DNA of 36,299 nucleotides from Methanocella sp. (GTDB lineage Archaea; Thermoproteota; Bathyarchaeia; Bathyarchaeales; Bathycorpusculaceae): NCBI GenBank assembly GCA_050261115.1, contig JBLNCY010000029.1, positions 1 to 36,299 of the forward strand, read 5' to 3'. Shown piece by piece: positions 27,257 to 36,299 of this stretch (position 1 is its first letter; each line of letters starts with the position of its first letter). The notes under the pieces were generated by a model. It saw only the letters and a program-made list of their open reading frames with translations, ran no database searches and was not told where the DNA came from. The position numbers and the translations under genes were made by a program.

Positions 27257-27663
27257 AACGCCCCACCTTTTTCTTAACCAAGATTTTTGCTGGCTAAGGC
27301 CCTGATTGTTTTTTTAGATTTTTCAGGGTTGTGTGGCAGAAGTGTCGGCTAAAGCCCTCCCGCAACAAACAGAACGCTCTTCATAGTGTAAGGCGCTGAT
27401 GTAGCTACGAAAAACCTCAAACACAGTTTCCCAGACGTTAACATAAGGGAAATCAGAATTTTTAGACGTCAACGTCCAAGAAACTACACGTTTACCATGA
27501 AAGAGCAAGTGTTCAGGCATGATATGACTCAAGTCAACGCTATCACGCTTGATCAATCGTTTATTTTAGGAAAAACTTACAGTCAATGCTTCAACATGTT
27601 ATCGATAGGAATTCTTAAAAGCTCTACAAACATATTGATGATTCTGCTTGAGGAAGAGAAAGG

Positions 27664-29295
27664 TTGGAACCAGTTACTGGCAGAAAAATTGTGCTCACTG
27701 CATCATCGACTGAAATGAGCGACTTCTTAAACAACCCATTTATCGCATTCGCAGGAGGCTTCGGCAAAGGCCCCTTCCCCCTCTCATACGTGAGAAAAAC
27801 ACTCTACCCACATTACCCTACACTACCCGACGGGCAAGCCAGCTATGCCCCCTACGGGTTACGAAAAGTCGAAGCCATGCTCCTGGAAGGCGGATTCTCA
27901 CCCGATGACATAGCCGTCGCCAACCCCGAAGACTTAGACAAATTCATCGGACCCAACACCAAAGTCGTCGGCATCTCCTCCATGGATCCCACAGGCATGG
28001 GTTATGTAAGCAAAACCTACAGTTCCATCGTAGGCGGCGGCGAACCCATGAACCGTATTGAATTCCGCAAACTCATCCAGCATCCAGCCATCAGAAAATA
28101 CAAACCGAAAATTATCGTCGGCGGATATGGCTCTTGGCAGCTGGAACGCCAAAACGTCTCAAAAGCATACGGCGTAGACTGCGTCCTTATGGGCGGCAGA
28201 CCTGGACCAATCATTGACCTCTTCAAAAAAGCTGTCAATGGCGAACCACTTCCACGCCTAGCAAGAGCTGACGAATCACTGGATAACTGGAACTACAATG
28301 AAGAAATGCCTCTCACAAAGCGGGTGGCCCTTCATGGCGCGGTAGAAATCAGCAAAGGCTGTGGCCGAAACTGCCAATTCTGCACACCCACAATGCAGCA
28401 CAAAATCGACATACCGCTAGAGAAAATCATGAAAGAAGTTGCCCTAAGCACCGCCCAAGGCAGCGATCACATTACCCTAATCACAGAGGACTTATTCCTC
28501 TACGGCGCAAAAGACGCCAAATTCATTCCAAACCGCGAAGCAGTCGTAAAACTCTGCAAAAGCGTAGCAGATCATCCAGGAGTAAAAAGCATCCAAGCAG
28601 CACACATGTCACTTGCCCCAGTGTATCATGACCCAAAGATGATTGAGCAACTCGCAGAGATCCTCATCGAGAAATCATGGTATAGCTTCGGCAAGAGACC
28701 CATCATCACCGCTGAAACAGGCATAGAAACAGGCAGCCCCCGCCTCATGAAAAAATACATGGCGGGCAAAATGTTGCCTTTCCAGCCTGAACAGTGGCAA
28801 GACGTCGTTACAAACGCATTCGGCATCTTGAATGATAATGACTGGTATCCGCTGGCAACTTTGATTATCGGGTTACCAGATGAGAAAGAAGAAGACATGC
28901 TGCAGACGCTGGAGCTAATGGATAAACTCAAAGGCTACAACGCATTCTACGTGCCATTATTCTTCGTGCCGCTTGAAAACTGTGTGCTGATGAAGCAGAA
29001 AGGCGCCGAAATCGACTCACTAAACCAAGCTCGCTGGGACTTCTTCATCAAATGCTGGGAATACAACATTAAAATCTGGAAACCAACCTTCCTAGAAAAC
29101 CGCCTCCCCAACCCAATAGCATACAACGCCTTTGATAAAGTAATCATCCCCTATGTCGGAAAATTATTGGGTGTATACTACGCCCTAACACGCGGCACAA
29201 GCAGCCAACAATTCAGGCAAGCTGTGTATCAACTCAGTATGCCCATGCCCGACAATCATAGGCAAGTAAAAGGAAAAATAAAAGTGAAGAACTAA
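27664..29295 (+). CDS. radical SAM protein with an N-terminal B12-binding-like domain
   Basis: APYGLRKVEA, VGISSMDP and KGCGRNCQFC (CxxxCxxC) motifs. Confidence 0.93.
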   Translation: MEPVTGRKIVLTASSTEMSDFLNNPFIAFAGGFGKGPFPLSYVRKTLYPHYPTLPDGQASYAPYGLRKVEAMLLEGGFSPDDIAVANPEDLDKFIGPNTKVVGISSMDPTGMGYVSKTYSSIVGGGEPMNRIEFRKLIQHPAIRKYKPKIIVGGYGSWQLERQNVSKAYGVDCVLMGGRPGPIIDLFKKAVNGEPLPRLARADESLDNWNYNEEMPLTKRVALHGAVEISKGCGRNCQFCTPTMQHKIDIPLEKIMKEVALSTAQGSDHITLITEDLFLYGAKDAKFIPNREAVVKLCKSVADHPGVKSIQAAHMSLAPVYHDPKMIEQLAEILIEKSWYSFGKRPIITAETGIETGSPRLMKKYMAGKMLPFQPEQWQDVVTNAFGILNDNDWYPLATLIIGLPDEKEEDMLQTLELMDKLKGYNAFYVPLFFVPLENCVLMKQKGAEIDSLNQARWDFFIKCWEYNIKIWKPTFLENRLPNPIAYNAFDKVIIPYVGKLLGVYYALTRGTSSQQFRQAVYQLSMPMPDNHRQVKGKIKVKN

Positions 29296-30179
29296 GCAGA
29301 ATCCTCTGCTAACTCTTCCACTATTTCTTCAATATTTTGGTCCTGCTCTTCTAAGACCGAATCTTCTGCTAAAACACTTGGAGCTGCGGCTTCTTCTTGG
29401 GTAGATTTGATGATTTTGCGAGCATGCGTAATGTAGCCAGTGTGTCCAGTCATCATCGTGTTTGGCCGTGTCTTTCCACGTTCAACCTGCATTGTCCGCA
29501 TCAAGCACTCAATAGTCTCGATAAACACAAAACCAGCATCTCGAAGCGCCTCAGTTGTGCGAACAACCTGATCAATAGTTGGACTAAACGAGACCAGAAC
29601 GCCTGAAGGTTTGAGCGCCTCATAAGCGTGTGGAACAACCAGCCAAGGAACCGCGAGATCCAAGATCACGGCGTCTAGGTCGCGTTCTTCTATGCCCATG
29701 GTTACGTCGCCGCTTTTCATTTCCACGTTATCTATGAGTTTGGCTTTCTCGAGGTTTTTGCGTGCGTTTTTCTGGAATTCGGGGCGCAGCTCATAGGTGT
29801 AAACTTTACCGGTTGGGCCGACATAGTGTGCGAGTGCGCTGGTGAGGGCACCGGTGCCTGTGCCGGATTCGAATACTCTGCTGCCGGGGCCGATGCCGCT
29901 GAACATGACGATAAGTGCGGCGTCTTTTGGATAGACGATTTGGGTGTTGCGGCCTGATTTCATTATGTAGTCGGTGAGTTTGGGTTTGAGTGTGGTGAAG
30001 GTGATTCCGAGGCTGCTTTTGATGGGTTCCCCGTACTCTTTACCGAGTAAGTCATCAAGCTTTAGGTAGCCTTTGTGTGTGTGGAAAGTTTGTCCTGATT
30101 GCACCTTTATCATGTAAGTTCTGCGTGCGTCAAGATAGATCAGCACGTAATCGCCATCAGCGATTAAATCCTTGGTCAA
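29292..30179 (-). CDS. trmI: tRNA (adenine-N1)-methyltransferase
   Basis: FHTHKG, TQIVYPKD, ESGTGTGALT, LDLAVPW and GHTGY motifs. Confidence 0.95.
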   Translation of the reverse strand: MTKDLIADGDYVLIYLDARRTYMIKVQSGQTFHTHKGYLKLDDLLGKEYGEPIKSSLGITFTTLKPKLTDYIMKSGRNTQIVYPKDAALIVMFSGIGPGSRVFESGTGTGALTSALAHYVGPTGKVYTYELRPEFQKNARKNLEKAKLIDNVEMKSGDVTMGIEERDLDAVILDLAVPWLVVPHAYEALKPSGVLVSFSPTIDQVVRTTEALRDAGFVFIETIECLMRTMQVERGKTRPNTMMTGHTGYITHARKIIKSTQEEAAAPSVLAEDSVLEEQDQNIEEIVEELAEDSA

Positions 30180-30419
30180 ATTGTTATTCCTCGAAAAGTC
30201 AAGATAGAAACTGTTCCATTTAAGCTTTGAAGAGTATAGAGTGTTGTTTTCCTATATTGAGCCATGCTCTGACGCTTTTGGTTTCTGCTTCATCTATCGG
30301 GCCAAGGGCTCTCTGTTTTGAATTAGAAGATAATTGGTGAAGATGCATTTACTGCATCTTTTCTTAGAGCATAACTGCAAAAAAAGAGAAAGAAAAAGGG
30401 CTTAATGCTCAATTAAAAC

Positions 30420-32084
30420 CTAACCTGACGAGTTTTGCTGAGCTTTTTTGGGTCCCCTAAGCCCCGAACAGACTGCCGCAGCAAAGCACAGGAACGCTGC
30501 GAAGATAAATGCAATTGTCAAAGCGGACATGAACGGATTTGCTATGGCGTTAGGGAAGAAACCTAGTTCATGCAGGACGTTTAGTGTTGTTGGGGATAGA
30601 CCTGCGCTGATGGAACCCATTGATTGTAGTATCGTCGTGATGGGGTTGTATCCTAGAAACGCTGCGAAGAGCGCAGATGAAGCGGGGACTTCACTGAATG
30701 CCGCTGCGATTTGCGGTGATGCGCCGCTGCTTGCGACCGCTGTCGAGAGCGCTGTTGGTAAGGTTGCGTTTAGGGAGATAATGATTATGCTGAAGAAAAT
30801 GGCTTGGCTGATGGTTTGGCCGACGTTCTGTAGTGTAGAGCGCATGCCTGAAGCGGCGCCTCGGTGTTCTGCGGGGCAGCTGTTCATGACGGATGCCATG
30901 TTGGGTGACATGAATATGCCGTTGCCTAACCCCATAATAAAGAGTATTACGGCGAATGGTAAATAGTCAAAGTTTACTGGAAGGAACATGAATGCGAGGA
31001 AGGTTATGCCTGTTATGACCATGCCAAGGGTTGCGAATGTTCTTGCACCATGCTTGTCAGATAGCCAACCGCTGATTGGACCCGTAAGCGCCACGCCGAT
31101 GGTCAATGGGATCATAAAGATGCCCGCCCAGAAGGGTGCGTCTTCGTAGCTAAAGCCATGCAGCGGAAGCCAGATGCCCTGAAGGAGCACGACTAGCATG
31201 ATCATTACTCCGCCTCTGGCTAGGCTGCTAAGCAAAGTGGCGATGTTTCCGGCTGCAAAGTTTCGGTCCTTGAACAGGTCAAGGCGGAACATTGGCTCTT
31301 GCACCCTGCGCTCTATGATTGGGAACGCAAGCAACAGAGCTGTGCCGCCGAGTAGTGAGCCGACGACCCAGGGGTTAGTCCAGCCCATTGATGAGGTGCC
31401 ATAGGGTGTTAAACCGTAGGTTATGCCGAGCAAGACCAGGGTTAGACCGACGGCGAAGCAGAGGTTGCCCCAGACGTCAAGTTTCTGTTTTTTGCGGACG
31501 ATGTGCTGCTCTTTTAGTTTCCAATATGACCATATAGTGCCGATGATGCCGACTGGTACGCTGACCAAAAAGACCAGGCGCCAGCCGAATACTGCTAAAA
31601 CTCCGCCGAGGACAAGCCCGATTAATGAACCTGCGAGGAAGCTTAGCTGGTTAATGCCTAGGGCTTTGCCGCGTTCGTTTTCGGGGAAAGCGTCGGTGAT
31701 GATGGCGCCGCTGTTAGAGAACAGGAACGCTGCACCTATGCCCTGGATGATTCGGAAGACGATTAACTCTATGGCGCCTAAGTCGCCGGTGTTTGGGGTT
31801 ATCGCCAGCAGTATCGAGCCAGCCGTGAATATGGCAAAGCCCAAGTTGTAGAGTCTAACTCTGCCGAAGATGTCAGATAGCCTGCCGAAGGTGACAAGCA
31901 GTACGGCGGTTACGATGCTGTAGCCGAACATGATCCACAGCATGTACTGGAAGGATGTGAAAGGATTGATTTGGATGCCATTAAAAATGGCCGGCAACGC
32001 AATGAGGACAATCGACATGTCGATGGATGCCATCAGGGTGCCGATTGTGGTGTTTGAGAGAGCTACCCATTTATACTCTACCAT
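30420..32084 (-). CDS. MFS transporter, DHA2 (14-TM) type
   Basis: [16 protein letters not shown] and ERGKALG motifs. ATG at 32084 preferred as start. Confidence 0.93.
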   Translation of the reverse strand: MVEYKWVALSNTTIGTLMASIDMSIVLIALPAIFNGIQINPFTSFQYMLWIMFGYSIVTAVLLVTFGRLSDIFGRVRLYNLGFAIFTAGSILLAITPNTGDLGAIELIVFRIIQGIGAAFLFSNSGAIITDAFPENERGKALGINQLSFLAGSLIGLVLGGVLAVFGWRLVFLVSVPVGIIGTIWSYWKLKEQHIVRKKQKLDVWGNLCFAVGLTLVLLGITYGLTPYGTSSMGWTNPWVVGSLLGGTALLLAFPIIERRVQEPMFRLDLFKDRNFAAGNIATLLSSLARGGVMIMLVVLLQGIWLPLHGFSYEDAPFWAGIFMIPLTIGVALTGPISGWLSDKHGARTFATLGMVITGITFLAFMFLPVNFDYLPFAVILFIMGLGNGIFMSPNMASVMNSCPAEHRGAASGMRSTLQNVGQTISQAIFFSIIIISLNATLPTALSTAVASSGASPQIAAAFSEVPASSALFAAFLGYNPITTILQSMGSISAGLSPTTLNVLHELGFFPNAIANPFMSALTIAFIFAAFLCFAAAVCSGLRGPKKAQQNSSG

Positions 32085-32205
32085 AAAGGTCATCTGAAGA
32101 CTAATTATTTTACAAAGTTTCACGGATTGGGTAAAATGGCTTATAAAAAGATTATTGGGACAACACGGCGTTTTAAGGTGTCTTTATTTGACTCTTTAGG
32201 GCTCA

Positions 32206-32850
32206 TCATTTGGATTGAACTGCCGTCGGCAGGTGAGCCCAAACCCGCCCCTTCTTAATCGCCGCGAGCACCGAATCCACATCCATCGATGCATCCAACT
32301 GATTGCAAACTGCAAACAACTCCGAAACCTGATGCGCATCACTACCAGCAGTACCTGGCAAGCCTAGCTCATGCGCGAACGCCTTGGCTTTGGCGTTGCC
32401 TTCTTTGCTTGTGCCGCCGTTAAGCACCTCTATCGCATCAACCTTAAGTTTGCGAGCGTACTCACCCATGCCATATGTTCGGAAGGGATGCGCAACGATT
32501 GCTATTGCATCTATGGATTTGGCGTAGTCAGCGACGTTTTCTGGCGTCCACGGCTTAGGCGGCAACTCATACGTACCCAACACTAGCATGTCGCCGATTG
32601 GTGTTTCCCCGTCTTTAGCGCTTATTTCACAGCCAGGAATAATCAGGATATCTGGGTAGGCTTTAGCTAACTCGATAGTGGGCTTATTGGCTCGGACACT
32701 GTCGTGATCGGTTACTGCCGCCACCTTGATGAACGGATGAGCATTCAGCATATCCACGAGGGTTTTGGGTTGGATAAGGGAGTCAGCGGAGTAGACCGTG
32801 TGCAAATGGAAGTCGGCGTATATGCCCGAGCGGTTTCTGTTGGGAGCCAT
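32206..32850 (-). CDS. PHP-domain phosphoesterase
   Basis: DFHLHT, VTDHD, GCEIS, AHPF and GSDAH motifs. Confidence 0.93.
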   Translation of the reverse strand: MAPNRNRSGIYADFHLHTVYSADSLIQPKTLVDMLNAHPFIKVAAVTDHDSVRANKPTIELAKAYPDILIIPGCEISAKDGETPIGDMLVLGTYELPPKPWTPENVADYAKSIDAIAIVAHPFRTYGMGEYARKLKVDAIEVLNGGTSKEGNAKAKAFAHELGLPGTAGSDAHQVSELFAVCNQLDASMDVDSVLAAIKKGRVWAHLPTAVQSK

Positions 32851-32903
32851 ATTGGGCTATTAGGTGGCGGATAGTAAAAAAGCTATTGAAACAGCCCGGA
32901 TGC

Positions 32904-34541
32904 TTATGGGTTCTCTGCCAAACCCCTGCCCAGAGCATCGGCTAAGTGCGCCAGCATGCTGCGGGTAGCTTCTACATTAGTGTCCTGAGAGGCAAACCCA
33001 ACGGACGCCTCCGCACAAGCCTGCGCTACATGGGACTTTACGGTGTCACCCCAAAGTTTCCCATCATTAAGCAACAGCACGCTCCGATAGCCACTGCGTT
33101 TAACGTAATCAGCCGCCTGAGCCGCAACATACTCGACGGTTTCCTTATCCAGCGGCAACGTAACCTCATGCTGACTCAGCGGATAAACCTCATCCAACTC
33201 CAACGGAATAACCCCGAACGGCGCAGCATAGACGCAAACATGCACCCTTGCAGCGTCCTCCCCGACTTGTCTGAGCAGTTGACGAATCTTTTTCATCTCT
33301 GGAGCTTTGTGGAACGGTTTATTGCGTGTCTGAGGAACAAGAAACAGCACTTTAGCATCTTTAGGCGGCGAGTAGCGAGTGGCTAGGCGTTTGCGGTAGT
33401 GGACGATTTCGGGGCGGGCCAAGCCGACTGAGTCGAAATAGAAAAAGCCGCTGCTCTTGACTGATGGGCTGTACTGTTCAAGAAAGTCTTCGCTGTCACG
33501 AACCCGCTTCAACGCTGACAGAAGCGCGGGGTGGGCGTGGAGACGCATCTCGGTGTGTTCCCATAGGCGTCCGTCGCGAATCGCCTGCTTAATGCGCCTC
33601 AATTCAGCCAAGCAAACATGCAGGTTGTGCTCTGCGAGGAAGACCTCGCGTTCTTTGGCGGGTTTCCTGCGTACGCTTTCGGGGGTTTGGCTACTGCATT
33701 GGGGGCAGCTGCAGGGGAAGTAATCCATTTGGTCAAGCCGCCATGTGCCGTTTTCGGTCATGTAGCGGCCTTCTCGAGCATAAAGCGCATAAGCTGCTGA
33801 GTCAAATAGGTCACAGCCCAAAGAGACTGCGAGGGCAAACATGGATGGGTGACCGGCGCCAAAGAGATGCAACGGGCGCTCGATGGGGATGCCTTTGCGG
33901 CAAGTTAAAATCATATCCGCTAACACGTCATAGCGGTAATTCTCCATGACTTCGGTCGGGCTGCCCAATGCATGGATTTGGAAGGGAAGTTTGCCCATCT
34001 CTTTTGCCGAGGACGCCACGAGGTCAAGGTGCCTACCGCCCTGAACGGGCCCAACCCAGAGAATGTCATCTCGGGTTTTTAGATCAAAGAATGCTTTTGC
34101 ACGTCTTAGGGTTTCTGCTACAGTGACCTCTGCGTGTTCTTTGGTGATTTTCCAACCCGTTGGGATATCTAGGATGGTGGCGATGTCGCTGCCTATACCC
34201 TCTTGGTATGCCACAATTTCTTTTTGGGTAACTTCGACTTCGCCGTAGACAAGGATTTGGTATGCACCCGAGTCGGTCATGACTGCGCCGTCGTAGCCGA
34301 GGAATTTGTGTAGGCCGCCTATGTCGATTATTTTTTGGCCGTAGCGTTTTTTGTTGATGTAGCTGTTGGTGATTAGGGCTTGGCAGCCAAATACGTCCTT
34401 GAGTCGTTTGCAGGGTATGGGTTGGTTGCTGGGGTTGATGACTGGGAAAAGTAGGGGTGTTTCTACTGTGGCGGTACGGGTTTTTAGTTTGCCGATTCTG
34501 CCAAGCAAATCTTTCTCTTTTACTTCAAATATGTTGCTCAA
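32904..34541 (-). CDS. tgtA: archaeosine tRNA-guanine(15) transglycosylase
   Basis: MTDSGAYQ, LDIPT, HLFGAGHP, DLFDSAAY and zinc site CSCPQC...HN. Confidence 0.96.
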   Translation of the reverse strand: MSNIFEVKEKDLLGRIGKLKTRTATVETPLLFPVINPSNQPIPCKRLKDVFGCQALITNSYINKKRYGQKIIDIGGLHKFLGYDGAVMTDSGAYQILVYGEVEVTQKEIVAYQEGIGSDIATILDIPTGWKITKEHAEVTVAETLRRAKAFFDLKTRDDILWVGPVQGGRHLDLVASSAKEMGKLPFQIHALGSPTEVMENYRYDVLADMILTCRKGIPIERPLHLFGAGHPSMFALAVSLGCDLFDSAAYALYAREGRYMTENGTWRLDQMDYFPCSCPQCSSQTPESVRRKPAKEREVFLAEHNLHVCLAELRRIKQAIRDGRLWEHTEMRLHAHPALLSALKRVRDSEDFLEQYSPSVKSSGFFYFDSVGLARPEIVHYRKRLATRYSPPKDAKVLFLVPQTRNKPFHKAPEMKKIRQLLRQVGEDAARVHVCVYAAPFGVIPLELDEVYPLSQHEVTLPLDKETVEYVAAQAADYVKRSGYRSVLLLNDGKLWGDTVKSHVAQACAEASVGFASQDTNVEATRSMLAHLADALGRGLAENP

Positions 34542-34724
34542 GGACGTGAAACCTACAGATGAAGCGTCTCTCACTTATAAAAAATGTACTGCTCTACATA
34601 CGGGGTTTGAGCGGCCAAGAAAACCATCCGCTGCCTTCCAGATGCCTAACACAAAGCTACCACAAGTAAGCACCTATTTTTTATATCACTATGTTTCTCT
34701 AACTACATTCGAAGTGCAAATTTC

Positions 34725-35477
34725 ATGGTCTGCTCAATCAATCTAACCGAAAAACCTCAACTCAACGATCCTGTCCTCATCGAAGGCTTACCCGGCATCG
34801 GATACGTAGCCAACATTGCAGCGCTACACCTCATAAAAGAACTAAAAGCCGTCAAGTTCGCAGACATCTTCTCCTCAGCATTCCAAGACTTCGCCATAAC
34901 CACAGAAAACGGCGGCGCACGAACACCCGTAAACGAACTCTACTACGCCAAGCATCCTCAGGGCGGACGCGACTTCATCATATGGTATGGCAACACTCAG
35001 GCGCTTACAACGGTGGGGCAGTATGAACTTGTCGGTAAAGTCCTTGATATTTGCATCGAGTTAGGCTGCAAGTTTGCCATTTCTATAGGCGGCTTTAGAA
35101 AAGAGGAAGTACAGCCGATACCCGCCATCTACAGCACCGCCACGGACCTTGAAACCATGCAGGAAGCGCTTGATTTAGGCACCAAAGTCATGGTTGGAAA
35201 CGTTTTCGGCATCGCGGGCTTAACCGTCGGCTTAGCAAGAATACGCAACCTCAAAGGCTTCTCGCTGCTTGTAGACACGTTAGGCATGAATCCAGACGTG
35301 AACGCAGCTGAACACGCGATAATTATGCTTGAGAAGTACCTCAAATTCGACGTCGACCTAGCTGGAATCGATGACAGCGGTGAGGAAATTAAAAAGATGC
35401 TTGAAGCCTTTGGGTTAATTCGAAGCATAACAGAAGAAAAGAAGAAAGAGGAGCAGCAACTGCGCTGGTTTATCTAA
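34725..35477 (+). CDS. PAC2-family proteasome assembly chaperone
   Basis: LIEGLPGIGYVANIA and SIGG motifs. Confidence 0.92.
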   Translation: MVCSINLTEKPQLNDPVLIEGLPGIGYVANIAALHLIKELKAVKFADIFSSAFQDFAITTENGGARTPVNELYYAKHPQGGRDFIIWYGNTQALTTVGQYELVGKVLDICIELGCKFAISIGGFRKEEVQPIPAIYSTATDLETMQEALDLGTKVMVGNVFGIAGLTVGLARIRNLKGFSLLVDTLGMNPDVNAAEHAIIMLEKYLKFDVDLAGIDDSGEEIKKMLEAFGLIRSITEEKKKEEQQLRWFI

Positions 35478-35481
35478 CCAG

Positions 35482-35901
35482 TTAAGCTTTTGTTTCGCTT
35501 ATGAAAGTTTGATAGACTTTCTGGACGCGTTCTGCGGCTGGTCCTGAGCCTTCAACTACGCCTTTCTCGGTTAGTTTTACTTTGTCCATTACCCAGATGA
35601 AGCCTTGATCCTCGTAGAGTTTGACCATGGTTGGGAAGACTTTTTCGAGTCGGTTTGCGAGTGCCTTAAGGTCGAAGGGTTTCTCTGAGGTGAATATTTC
35701 TGCAACGATTGCTCCGTTGAGTACCAGACGGTGGAACTGTTTACCGCTCTCGGTGGCATCAGCTAAACATAGGCTCATGTTGTCGGGGTTAATACCGATA
35801 AGTGTACCATTGAAGGTTTTTCCATTTGATGTGATTACAGCGACAGTCTTATCTGCTAACGCTGCCACTTCTGTAAAGTATTTTCTTTGCGCTACAGACA
35901 A
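35482..35901 (-). CDS. Lsm family RNA-binding protein (SmAP3 type, with C-terminal domain)
   Basis: Sm fold (G.TF.GTL.G......L.L.DA) followed by a KPFDL...VEGSGPAAER domain. Confidence 0.9.
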   Translation of the reverse strand: MSVAQRKYFTEVAALADKTVAVITSNGKTFNGTLIGINPDNMSLCLADATESGKQFHRLVLNGAIVAEIFTSEKPFDLKALANRLEKVFPTMVKLYEDQGFIWVMDKVKLTEKGVVEGSGPAAERVQKVYQTFISETKA

Positions 35902-36299
35902 CTTTTGATTTCTCCTTGAGTGTTACATTTGATTGCAAATCAACTATTTAATCTTGATTTAAATATCCTAAAAAAAGGTAGCTTGTCAGTGCAGTAACGT
36001 CCTAAGCCATCGGTTGTCAGTTCTAAAATATACTTACCGTAAAGTTGTAGGAATCTTCCGCAAAATAATCAACCGATAAAACCCATAATACAGCGCAAAA
36101 ATCATGGGGGAGGCATACAAGTTATCGAAAATGTTCCAAAATGGTAATGGACAGTTAGAATATGCGCGCCGAGAAGTTTAGCTAGGCGGACCAAGCCCTG
36201 TTCTGACCAAGGCAGAGGCCTAAAAGTAGCAGGTGGGCAAAAGCCTTCTCCTTCGCCAGCCGCCAGATCCGCCCAACTTGTTGGCTATCCCTTGCATTC

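Noticed and set aside
27323-27718. ORFs 27323..27556 (-) and 27497..27718 (+)
   Set aside because: No recognisable motifs, and one overlaps the radical SAM start. At most a decayed remnant.
36160-36299. Possible RNase P or SRP RNA end (minus-strand CAGAACAGGGCTT; plus-strand AGGCCTAAAAGTAGCA)
   Set aside because: The other conserved elements and pairings could not be built, and the region is cut by the window edge. Needs an Rfam scan with flanking sequence.
1-36299. CRISPR array or rRNA
   Set aside because: No regularly spaced 25-40 bp direct repeats or rRNA signatures seen.

Overview
Archaeal chromosomal window, most likely Bathyarchaeia (TACK). This is inferred from GGTGA/GAGGTG Shine-Dalgarno motifs, archaeosine tgtA, an SmAP3-type Lsm, a PAC2 chaperone, TrmI, a PEF-CTERM tail and an eL22-like protein. 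Left (1-6.2 kb): tRNA-Pro(CGG), GNAT, an uncalled CsbD gene, an eL22-like gene with a probable CTG start, a NiaX-type ECF S component, site-2 protease and rubrerythrin. Middle (~6.3-16.6 kb): a decaying integrated element between a frameshifted tyrosine integrase and tRNA-Val(CAC). Its integrase, ParB and ABC-ATPase backbone is broken. Three cargo modules are intact: a wHTH/degenerate-NTase + DUF6036 nucleotidyltransferase pair behind two tandem 22-bp inverted repeats (type IV TA-like), a repeat-expanded DUF2130-like coiled-coil nuclease, and a 681-aa secreted protein whose middle resembles the Vip3/latrotoxin helical pore-forming domain. At 19.4-26.1 kb is a metal-related cluster: NifB/NifX-family protein, Cys-rich Lrp with paired operators 31 bp apart, MBL hydrolase, and a split FecBCD/BtuFCD-type ABC importer with a methyltransferase behind two NikR-like operators. 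Right: core genes (radical SAM, trmI, MFS, PHP, tgtA, PAC2, Lsm). All family calls come from motif reading, not database searches.
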